From: an uncultured Porticoccaceae bacterium
GTDB lineage: Bacteria; Pseudomonadota; Gammaproteobacteria; Pseudomonadales; GM7GCV1
DNA: 64,000 nucleotides
Direction of reading: 5' to 3'
Assembly: GCA_964623085.1 (NCBI GenBank)
Contig: CAZUTO010000003.1
Coordinates: 37,863-101,862, forward strand
This document shows, in pieces, positions 31,411 through 40,100 of the stretch. The first letter of the stretch is position 1. Every line of letters begins with the position of its first letter. Under the pieces are notes generated by a model. The model did not search any database. It was not told the origin of the DNA and was given only the letters and a program-made list of their open reading frames with translations. Position numbers and translations under genes: made by a program.

Positions 31411-32634
31411 CTATCCAGCGAGGTTGCTCAATTCCAATATAGGCAACATCACTGCAAAGACAATGACAACAATCACCCCACCCATAAAGATAATTAAAGT
31501 GGGATTCATTAGTTTTAAAAAAGTTTCAACCGCGGAGCTCAGTCTCGCACTGTAGTACTCAGCGACACGTAAAAGCATATTGTCCAGTTCGCTAGATGTT
31601 TCACCACTATTGACCATGTGATGTAAAAATCCGCTGCCAACCTTCTCGGTTTTTAATGCATTGTGCAAACTGCTTCCGCGACGCATTTGTTCGGTCACGG
31701 CTTCCATCTGTTGCCGCAGATAGAGGTTAGTCATCACTGAAGAGGCAATTTTAAGCGCGGCGAGCGCGGGCACACCACTCCCCAGTAAGGTACCCAAACT
31801 GCGAGCCCAGTCAGCGATATTCGCCATCTCCATCCAGCGCCCTATTCCTGGCGCTTTAAGCAAAAACTTGTGCCAAGCTCGGCGTCGATCGTCATTTCTG
31901 CACCACAAATAAAAAGCCACTACAGCCAATATGATGACGCCAAAAACATACAGTCCCCATGCCCGAAAAAAATCCGAGGCCGCAACAACTATAACCGTGA
32001 TTAAGGGCAGCTCCTGCCGCGCTGACACAAATACACGCGCTATTTCTGGGACCACCCAATTCATAAGGACAATCATGGCCGCTAAAGATGCAACCACCAA
32101 TATAATGGGATAGGTCAACCCGCGAGCGAAAGTCTGTCTATTTTCCGCACTGACCTCTAGCTCTCCCGCCATCCTACCCATAATTTCATGCAGATGACCG
32201 GTTTCCTCTCCCACACCCACACCAGCAATAATCGCTTCTGGAACGACTTGCGAAGAACGCCTGAGCGCCGAAGAAAAGCTGCGGCCCTCTGTAATATCTG
32301 AACGCCATCCCTCAATCATACGACGCTGCTTTTCGGTATCTGACTGCTCGACCATGAGTATTATAGAGTCCTCTAGCGGCAAACCAGACTTAATCAATAC
32401 TGCCAATTGCCGGAGGATCATGGCTAGATCAAAATTGTTTACACGGCCGGGAAGACTGAATAAGCGCTTTGACGATTTACTGCCACTCGCTTTGGTTTTA
32501 TCAGCTTTTACAGTAGTGGGAAACAGCCCCTGATCTTTAAGTTGTTTGCGTGCTTGTTTCTCGGATTCGGCAGACAGCGTACCGGACTTTTCTTTGCCCG
32601 ATTTATCGTAAGCGAGGTATTGATACGCTGACAT
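31411..32634 (-). CDS. gspF: Type II secretion inner-membrane platform protein GspF
   Basis: 407 aa with a duplicated GspF domain architecture and three TM regions. It follows gspE. Confidence 0.95.
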   Translation of the reverse strand: MSAYQYLAYDKSGKEKSGTLSAESEKQARKQLKDQGLFPTTVKADKTKASGSKSSKRLFSLPGRVNNFDLAMILRQLAVLIKSGLPLEDSIILMVEQSDTEKQRRMIEGWRSDITEGRSFSSALRRSSQVVPEAIIAGVGVGEETGHLHEIMGRMAGELEVSAENRQTFARGLTYPIILVVASLAAMIVLMNWVVPEIARVFVSARQELPLITVIVVAASDFFRAWGLYVFGVIILAVVAFYLWCRNDDRRRAWHKFLLKAPGIGRWMEMANIADWARSLGTLLGSGVPALAALKIASSVMTNLYLRQQMEAVTEQMRRGSSLHNALKTEKVGSGFLHHMVNSGETSSELDNMLLRVAEYYSARLSSAVETFLKLMNPTLIIFMGGVIVVIVFAVMLPILELSNLAG

Positions 32635-32642
32635 TTTAGAAG

Positions 32643-34169
32643 CTAGACACTGGTAACGCGAAGTACTTCTTCAAGCGTGGTTTTACCATCGCGGACCATG
32701 TCATAGCCCTCTTCAACCATACTCTGGGTTTGCTCACGAATGCAGCGTTGCAAATCAATTTCACCGGCTTCGTCGTGAATAAGTTGCTGCATAGGCTCGT
32801 CAATCATCACCAGCTCAAACAAGCCGAGCCTGCCACCATAACCAGTATGGTTGCATTGATCACAGCCATTGGGCGTGTATATCAAGTGAGTGGAATCAAT
32901 GTTCAATGCTCGCTGAGTAAGTGCATCCGGCTCAGAGGGCACTTTACAGTGCTCACACAACCTCCGAACAAGCCGTTGCGCCATAACACCGCGCAAAGTC
33001 GAAGACAGCAAAAAACTATCCACGCCCAGATCTTGTAATCGAGTCACTGCACCTGCAGCCGTATTGGTATGCAGAGTGGACAAGACTAAGTGGCCAGTAA
33101 GGCTTGCCTGTGTAGCGATCTCGGCGGTCTCCTTATCGCGAATTTCGCCGATCAGAATGACATCTGGGTCTTGCCGTAATATAGCTCGCAGGCCTCTTGC
33201 AAAGGTCATACCTGCACGCATATTAATTTGCGTTTGGCTTATACCTTGCAAGTCGTACTCAACAGGGTCTTCCACCGTCATAATATTGCGCTGTTGTTGA
33301 TCCATTTGTTGCAGCGCGGCATATAGGGTGGTGGTTTTACCCGACCCAGTGGGGCCGGTAACCAATATAATTCCATGCGGTCGATCGATGATATCTCCCA
33401 AGCGGGATTTAGTTTTTGGTGGCATCCCGAGCGCATCAACAGTCAACTTACCCGCACTTTTGTCCAACAAACGCATAACGACACGCTCACCGTAACTGGA
33501 TGGCATAGTCGATACTCGCAAATCCACATTACGCCCACCCAGCTTCACTGACATCCGCCCGTCCTGCGGCAAACGCCGTTCGGCAATATCCAGCTTTGCC
33601 ATCACTTTAATACGAGAAATAAGTAGCGGCGCAATATGAACTGATGGGCTAAGAACGGTGCGGAGTACACCGTCCAAACGAAATCTTATCCGTGCCTCAT
33701 GTTCGTAAGGCTCGACATGGATATCAGAGGCCTTTTCTTTGAGCGATTCGGCCAACACTGCATTGAGCAAACGAATAATGGGGGCGTCATCGTCTTCGAG
33801 TAAATCGGCGTCCTCCAATTCCTCAGCGGCAGACTCCAGATCTACGAAATCCTGTATATCCTCCATTACTGCAGCGGATGAACCTGTTTGATTAGCATAA
33901 ACCGTTCTCAGCCGCTCGGCGAAGTTCTCTTCATCAACGCGCTCAATGGTCCTCAAACCAAACATTTTTTGCGCTTCAAGCACTGCCTGAACATCTGCAT
34001 CAGGGCCTAACAGTAATGTCTCTGACTCCGCATCAAAGAGCACCTGCCGACTTCGAGCAAAATCGAAGGGAAGGAAAGAATCGTCTGCTTGGCTTTCCAC
34101 CTCAACCGCCAAGTTCTCATCCGTATAGGCGTCTTGATTCTCTTTTTCTATCATTGGTTCTTTATCCAC
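32643..34169 (-). CDS. gspE: Type II secretion ATPase GspE
   Basis: Walker A VTGPTGSGKTTTLYA, Asp/His boxes, and a C-terminal tetracysteine (CEHC...CDQC). Confidence 0.95.
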   Translation of the reverse strand: MDKEPMIEKENQDAYTDENLAVEVESQADDSFLPFDFARSRQVLFDAESETLLLGPDADVQAVLEAQKMFGLRTIERVDEENFAERLRTVYANQTGSSAAVMEDIQDFVDLESAAEELEDADLLEDDDAPIIRLLNAVLAESLKEKASDIHVEPYEHEARIRFRLDGVLRTVLSPSVHIAPLLISRIKVMAKLDIAERRLPQDGRMSVKLGGRNVDLRVSTMPSSYGERVVMRLLDKSAGKLTVDALGMPPKTKSRLGDIIDRPHGIILVTGPTGSGKTTTLYAALQQMDQQQRNIMTVEDPVEYDLQGISQTQINMRAGMTFARGLRAILRQDPDVILIGEIRDKETAEIATQASLTGHLVLSTLHTNTAAGAVTRLQDLGVDSFLLSSTLRGVMAQRLVRRLCEHCKVPSEPDALTQRALNIDSTHLIYTPNGCDQCNHTGYGGRLGLFELVMIDEPMQQLIHDEAGEIDLQRCIREQTQSMVEEGYDMVRDGKTTLEEVLRVTSV

Positions 34170-34412
34170 TTCGCCAAATTACCCTATCTCAGCTCATTTG
34201 CACTTTGATGGTGACTTATTATAGACAATCGAATCTGCATTAAGAGCCCTAAAATCAAACACGCCATGACGATCAGTCTTATTGCTAGATTGTTACGACA
34301 AACCCTATATTAGCCTGTTATTCAGCATAGAACCTCACTTTCAACCGCCAACCTTGCGTTCGTTCATAGTTTGGATCGCGATATCAGAACTTTTCTCCAG
34401 AAACCTCTTTTT

Positions 34413-34457
34413 TGTGCAGCACACAAAAAAATGCTTGACAACTTTTTGTGCACTGCA
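34413..34457. promoter_or_regulatory. Two copies of a CTTTTTGTGCA-type motif bracketing the -35 element; candidate operator pair
   Basis: TGTGC-A-GCACA is a perfect 5-bp-arm palindrome at 34413-34423. TGTGCACTGCA at 34447-34457 lies in the -35/-10 spacer. The copies are 34 bp apart and share CTTTTTGTGCA. Confidence 0.3.
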
Positions 34458-34464
34458 TTAAAAT
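34435..34464 (+). promoter_or_regulatory. Candidate strong sigma70 promoter of the phasin gene
   Basis: TTGACA (34435-34440), a 17-18 nt spacer, then TTAAAAT (34458-34464), about 45 nt upstream of the ATG at 34507. Confidence 0.5.
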
Positions 34465-34506
34465 TCAATCCACAGACACTGTATGAAAATTCTGGAGAGC
34501 AAATTC

Positions 34507-35031
34507 ATGCAACAACAAATGTTTTCAAGCTTTAACCAATACGGCAAAAACGCGATCGAATCTACGAAAGAGTTAGTTGCCATCAATAACCGTTTGATGA
34601 AAAAAGTATTAGACAATCAAATTGCGCTCACCAATACAGTTGTTGGAAATAGCATTAAGGATGTTGACGCCTCTGCGACAAAAGATCCAAAAGCCTTTAT
34701 TCAATACCAAAGCTCTCTTATCGAAGAGTATTCAGAAATTTTTCGGAGCCAAGCTGAAGTAAACACTAAAGTGTTTCAGGAAGCTGGCGAAGAAATAAAG
34801 ACATGGTATGAAAATAGTATCAACACAGCTAACTCAGCAGTTAAAAAAGCAACGGTTACTCCAATCGCATCTAAAGCTGCTGCAAAGTCAGCAAAGAAAA
34901 CCGCGGTGAAGTCGGCAAAGAAACCAGCGACGAAAAAAGCCGCTGCAAAGCCAGCGAAGAAAGCAGTGGCGAAGAAAGCGACTGCGAAACCTGCGAAAAA
35001 AGTAGCCACCAAAAAATCGGCAGCTGCTTAA
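34507..35031 (+). CDS. Phasin-family protein with a C-terminal Lys/Ala-rich histone-H1-like tail
   Basis: The N-terminal part (FSSFNQYGKNAIESTKELVAINNRLMKKVLDNQIAL) resembles short-chain PHA phasins. The C-terminal 52 aa are AKKPA/KKAxA repeats. GGAGAG lies 7 nt before the ATG at 34507; the ORF-track start is 34483. Confidence 0.7.
   Translation: MQQQMFSSFNQYGKNAIESTKELVAINNRLMKKVLDNQIALTNTVVGNSIKDVDASATKDPKAFIQYQSSLIEEYSEIFRSQAEVNTKVFQEAGEEIKTWYENSINTANSAVKKATVTPIASKAAAKSAKKTAVKSAKKPATKKAAAKPAKKAVAKKATAKPAKKVATKKSAAA
34873..35028 (+). repeat. Coding low-complexity repeat (KAAAKSAKK / AKPAKK units)
   Basis: GCnAAGAAA-type codon reiteration encodes KAAAKSAKKTAVKSAKKPATKKAAAKPAKKAVAKKATAKPAKKVATKKSAAA. 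Confidence 0.8.
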
Positions 35032-35085
35032 GAACCAAACCCCTCTAGAGTATATTCATACCCCCTTTGAATTTTACTCTTTTTT

Positions 35086-35114
35086 AGCCCGCAAACACTT
35101 GCGGGCTTTTTTTT
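35086..35114 (+). terminator. Rho-independent terminator after the phasin gene
   Basis: AGCCCGCAA-ACAC-TTGCGGGCT stem-loop followed by TTTTTTTT. Confidence 0.85.
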
Positions 35115-35225
35115 GACTAAAGAACGTAAAACTGTTTTTTTCCAAGCATCAGAAAGATGCCAAGGTATAGTTTTTAACCGATAGGTATTACACTTGGCGC
35201 CGCATTTGACCGGCGGATACTCCTC

Positions 35226-36557
35226 ATGACATCAAGCGCATCTACACTGTTGCAAGCGCTCGACACTGGCACGCTCGCTACCGTTCGTGTCATGTTAAAA
35301 GGTCTGAGCGCCGGAGAAATCGCCCACGTACTAGAGTCCTGTCCGCCCAGGGAACGCAGTATTCTCTGGGAAATCATTGATACCAATATCGAAAGTGAGG
35401 TTCTACAGAAACTCAACGAAGATGTGCGCGCAGGTATCGTCGCAAAACTAGATACATCCGAAGTCGCTGCGATTACCGAAGGCTGGGATGTAGACGACAT
35501 TGCCGACATTCTTCAACAACTCCCCAACCGCGTGACCGGGGAAATACTCGATCTTATGAGTCTGCAAGATAGGCAACGCGTAGAGACTGTACTGACCTAC
35601 GACGAAGATAGTGCGGGTGGACTTATGAACACCGACACTATAACTGTGCGTGCCGATATTACGGCGGAAGTCGCGTTACGCTACCTGCGTCGCCACGAAG
35701 AGCTACCAAAGATTACCGATAGTCTATTTGTCGTTTCTAGGGACGACTTATATATCGGCAAGTTGTATTTACGCAAACTGCTCACCGCCAGCCTATCCAC
35801 ACCTGTATACCAAATTATGGATACTGAAGCGGATGCAATTACGGCGGACACACCCGATTCAGACGTTGCCCTGTTGTTTGAGAGAAATGACTGGGTATCT
35901 GCCGCCGTTGTTGATGAACACCAACGCATGCTCGGCCGAATCACCATTGATGATGTTGTTGATGTTATTCGCGAAGACGCTGACCATTCATTGATGGTCA
36001 TGGCTGGTCTCGCCGAAGACGAGGATACCTTCACCTCCGTAACTAGGGCGGCCCCTCGCCGGGCACTTTGGCTTGGCATCAACCTTCTTACCGCCCTCGC
36101 GGCCTCGGCTGTTATAGGGCAGTTTCAAGACACGCTAGACAAAGTCATTGCGCTAGCAGTACTTATGCCGGTGGTAGCTAGTATGGGTGGTGTTGCAGGC
36201 ACTCAGACGCTCACTGTTGTAATTCGTGGTATTGCCCTTGGACATATCCAAAGAAACAACATGCGCTGGTTGATTAGTCGTGAATTCCTACTTGGCGCAC
36301 TCAATGGCTTGCTGTGGGCCGCAGTGGTAGCTATTGTCGCCGGACTTTGGTTTGATGACTTGCGGATCTCTGCCATCATAGCGGCGGCGATGGTGATCAA
36401 TCTGCTTGTCGCTGCGCTGGCAGGCGTACTTCTACCCATCAGCCTCAAACTGCTGAAAATAGACCCAGCGCTCGCTGGTGGCGTCGCCCTGACCACCATC
36501 ACCGATATCGTCGGATTTCTCTCTTTCCTTGGCTTAGCAACTATTTTTTATGGTTAG
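35226..36557 (+). CDS. mgtE: Magnesium transporter MgtE
   Basis: N-domain, tandem CBS domains, and five C-terminal TM helices with the motif PVVASMGGVAGTQTLTV. Confidence 0.93.
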   Translation: MTSSASTLLQALDTGTLATVRVMLKGLSAGEIAHVLESCPPRERSILWEIIDTNIESEVLQKLNEDVRAGIVAKLDTSEVAAITEGWDVDDIADILQQLPNRVTGEILDLMSLQDRQRVETVLTYDEDSAGGLMNTDTITVRADITAEVALRYLRRHEELPKITDSLFVVSRDDLYIGKLYLRKLLTASLSTPVYQIMDTEADAITADTPDSDVALLFERNDWVSAAVVDEHQRMLGRITIDDVVDVIREDADHSLMVMAGLAEDEDTFTSVTRAAPRRALWLGINLLTALAASAVIGQFQDTLDKVIALAVLMPVVASMGGVAGTQTLTVVIRGIALGHIQRNNMRWLISREFLLGALNGLLWAAVVAIVAGLWFDDLRISAIIAAAMVINLLVAALAGVLLPISLKLLKIDPALAGGVALTTITDIVGFLSFLGLATIFYG

Positions 36558-37101
36558 ACCCCCACAAGATCAACCTTTCGGCGAGGAAAACGATTCAGGT
36601 TCTCCCACTGAAGAGGGCTTACCATCCAAGTCGGCGTTAAAGCGTCAGATGTCAGAGCTGCAAGCTCTCTGCGATACCATCAGCAAGCTCAAGCAAGATG
36701 AAATTGTGAACTTTGGCTTACCCGATTCACTAGAGGAAAGTTTGATCACTGCCGGCAGGCTGAAATCTAGCAATGCCAGAAACCGACAATTGCGCCATGC
36801 CAGCAAAGTGCTAAGTAGCTGTGGCGAGGTGCTGGTAACACAACTAAAAAATCACTTCGAAGACCAGCACAAACAAGCGCTAACCAATACTAGGCGCCAC
36901 AAACTTATCGAAGCCTGGCGCGATAAAATCATGGAGAACCCAGACGAGCAGATCAATGCACTGGTAAAAGAATTCCCAGATACTGACAGGAAAGAAATCC
37001 GTACTCTTGCGCGCTTAGCAGCCAAAGAGAAAAGCTTAGAAAAGAAAACTGAACAACAACGCAAACTGTTTCGCTATCTCCGAGACAATGTCATCATATA
37101 G
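36550..37101 (+). CDS. yjgA: DUF615 ribosome-associated protein YjgA (DarP)
   Basis: 183 aa, the same length as E. coli YjgA. SKSALKRQMSELQAL and RNRQLRHASKVL align with SKSEIKRDAEELKRL and RRRQLQLIGKML. Its ATG overlaps the mgtE stop by 8 nt. Confidence 0.8.
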   Translation: MVRPPQDQPFGEENDSGSPTEEGLPSKSALKRQMSELQALCDTISKLKQDEIVNFGLPDSLEESLITAGRLKSSNARNRQLRHASKVLSSCGEVLVTQLKNHFEDQHKQALTNTRRHKLIEAWRDKIMENPDEQINALVKEFPDTDRKEIRTLARLAAKEKSLEKKTEQQRKLFRYLRDNVII

Positions 37102-37121
37102 CGGACTTGCAGTGAACTCGG

Positions 37122-40100
37122 CTACTGCTCTTGGACAGTTGCATCAAACACTCTATCAGTTCGAATTTCCGGATCTTCTAACGGACCCGTGACCTGATAA
37201 CTAACACTAGACAAGTTATCTAGCTGGTCATCAAATATTTTACTGACTGCCCACACTCCCAAAGCGGCCGGCAATCCGCCTGCTAAAGCAGCGATCCAAG
37301 CCATATTTTGGCGAGCCGGCAAAGTCACCACAAGCTGGGCATCAACTTCGTTCTGTTCGAGATCAACAGCACCATCAATAAGTAGTCGGCCAGAAGGGAG
37401 GCCAACGATAACTGGTGTAAGTGTATTCACTACATTTTGATTGATGGTGAAATCACCGCCAAAATCGTCATAAGGCGTGCCATCCGAAGCGATATCGGAA
37501 AAATCCAAGCGAAGGCGACGTAACCAGGTCCGAATATTGACAAGGCTGATTAGACGCACAACGCCTGCGCCTACTCCACTGGCCTGAGCTTGAAACTTGC
37601 CATCTTCTAATTCCACACCGAGAATGCCAGAAATAGGTGATGAGCGAAGTTTATGCGGTGCCTCATTCCAGTTTACAGAAGCGTAAAAATTCCCTTTCTC
37701 ACTAGTCAGTGGAGGCTCCATACCCGCCAAGGTAAAAATATCGGAAACGTCTTCAAAATTAAGATCGACGCTCAATGCAGAATATTGCCCCTCATCACTA
37801 TACGCCCAATAGAGTGACGAAGCGCCGCTCGCCCCACAATCGAGAGTCCGATATTGGCATTGGATGTTTTCGATGTTCAAGCCCTGTTGTGAAGGACGCA
37901 ATTCAGCACTCCAAGTCCCTCGACTTTCGCCATTGAGTATTAGATTCTCTATAGCAACATCTGTTACAGGGACGATGCGAGGATCAAATGCACTCGTCAC
38001 ATTCGCATAGGGCGTTTCTTGAAGGAACCCTTGCAAAGCATCAACATCGAGTTCCTTGAGTCGGAGAGCAGGAACAACACCCGCCTCATAAGGATGCGTG
38101 TAATCGCCATCAACAACCTCATTGGAAAATCCACAAAGCCACCCAATATCATCGCTAGTCAACCCTAGCTCAAGCTCTTCGTATGTTTCTTCCTTGTAGA
38201 CCAATTGCCTCGCACTTAACAATAGATCAGGTTTTAACCCTAACAGCTGGCCTTCATTCGACTCTACTTGAGATTGCTGCGCGTGCTCATCTTCTGACGA
38301 CGCACCCGAATGCACTGAATTGCCAGTCCGGCTCGACATAAAAGCCAACCACTGATCTAGGTCTGTTTTTTCCTGATACACACGACCGATAAACATGCCC
38401 GGCTGATGACTAGGCGTATTGCGATTAAACGAAAGTACCGCTGATTCATACCTGCCCTTCGGTAAAGTTCCATTTTGAGGTTTTCTTAGCCCTAAAGTTA
38501 ATCCCTTAGACCATTCAATATGAACATCTAACTCGTCCGTACTTTCGATAACAACCCTCAGTTCGGTCTCTTCATCTGTGCGCTTTGACAAATCACCTGG
38601 CAAGGTAGACTGCACTCCGACCATATCTGTTAAAAATAGATAACGATTAGGCTTGCCCGATTCTCGCTCAGTATTAACCTGCAATAGAACCTCGACTTCG
38701 GTCTTACCAGAAAAACCATTTGTCGATGGCAGATTCAACCAATCTGTAAGCGAGTCAATGGATACATCCCCATTCGCAAACAAATTCAACGAGCCTATTT
38801 CTTTCTCTTCACGAATAGACAATGTAAAAGGTTCGTTCCATAAGGATACTGAAATATCCTCTGCGGCTAGCCCATTCTCGCTGTATGTAAGCGTTCCATT
38901 CAAATCATCAAATTGAATATTCTGATCCAGCAGAGCTAAGTGGTTATTTTTTAGCTCAAGTGACAAGTCCATATCAATTTCTTCAATAGCCAACTCTTTC
39001 CTTAAAGGCGTAGCCAAGCTAAGTTGGAATTGCGCATCGCCTTGCACATCCAATTGATCAAAGCTACCGCCCGAGCTATTGCCAAGATCAGTTTCGCGCA
39101 CAACATCTATTAGCGCTTTAGTTTCACCTAGCCCAGCAAGTGAAAGATCTAATTTTAATCCTGTCGTCGATGCATTGACCCCGATATCAACATCCTGAAG
39201 TTCAACACCCGCCAAATTGGCCGAGTCAGATTGAACATTGACAAGCCGATTGGACACTTTAATCTCGGAATCCATCTCAGTCACTTTCGGCCAACTTTCA
39301 AGAAACCTAGTGCTGCCTTGTTCCACATCAAGTCTTAACTGAATACTACGAAAATCTCGATACTCTCGTTTTACTTTGCCACGGTAAACTACAGAACCAT
39401 TTGATATTTGACCGTCGATATCAGCGTCAGCCAACCAATTCTTAAGTAATTCACTTGTCCGAATCGGCATATATTTCGACCAATTCCGTCCGTCAACATT
39501 TTGCATTCCCAATACTAAGTCTAGGTTTACACCTTCCTCTCGCGGCTTAAGGCCCGTCTCAACAAGAAACGCAGCTGTTATCAAACCGTCTGGCGCATTC
39601 GCAGATATATCCTTTCCAGATATATAGACTAGATCATTATCCCGATCCACCTGCCAACCAAGCTCAGCCTCGACCGACCCATGGTCTAACCAGTCATCAA
39701 ATAGCGTTGGGTAATGCAAACTCAAGCTTTCGGATGCGATCATCAAACTGCCATCAAATGCTGTAGCAGCAACATGTCCACTCAAATTTCTTACTGCTGG
39801 CGCATTTAAGTAATAACCCACATCAACAGAGTTCAGATCAGCAGAAATAGCCATTGTCTCTATGGGCGCACCACTATCTAGATTAAGTTCCAAGTTTTCT
39901 ACTTGACCCGTCAAGTCTAGATCTGTGAGGATAGTGGTCAATTTTTCGGGCAATGCGTAGAGATCAGTTGCCCTTTTAGTTAGCTCTTCAAGATCCAACG
40001 TCTGCATCTGCAGACTGTATAGAGCGGAAACATCACCGCGCCGCCTTGTCAGGCGAAAATCACTAAGTGGCCATTCCTCGCTAGCCGCAAAAAAATCAGG

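Noticed and set aside
34262-34310. Tiny ORF (MTISLIARLLRQTLY) in the gspE/phasin intergenic region
   Set aside because: It is 15 codons with no RBS and no supporting features. It is indistinguishable from chance.
34776-35012. 78-aa ORF antisense to the phasin Lys/Ala tail (FFAGFAAAFF...)
   Set aside because: It is a direct consequence of the GCn-AAG-AAA codon repeat read on the other strand (TTT/CTT/nGC). It is not an independent gene.
35174-36502. Several long antisense ORFs within mgtE (35174-35509, 35681-36082, 36203-36502)
   Set aside because: Same mirror-frame composition (S/A/T/R-rich). mgtE on the plus strand is intact with all of its domains.
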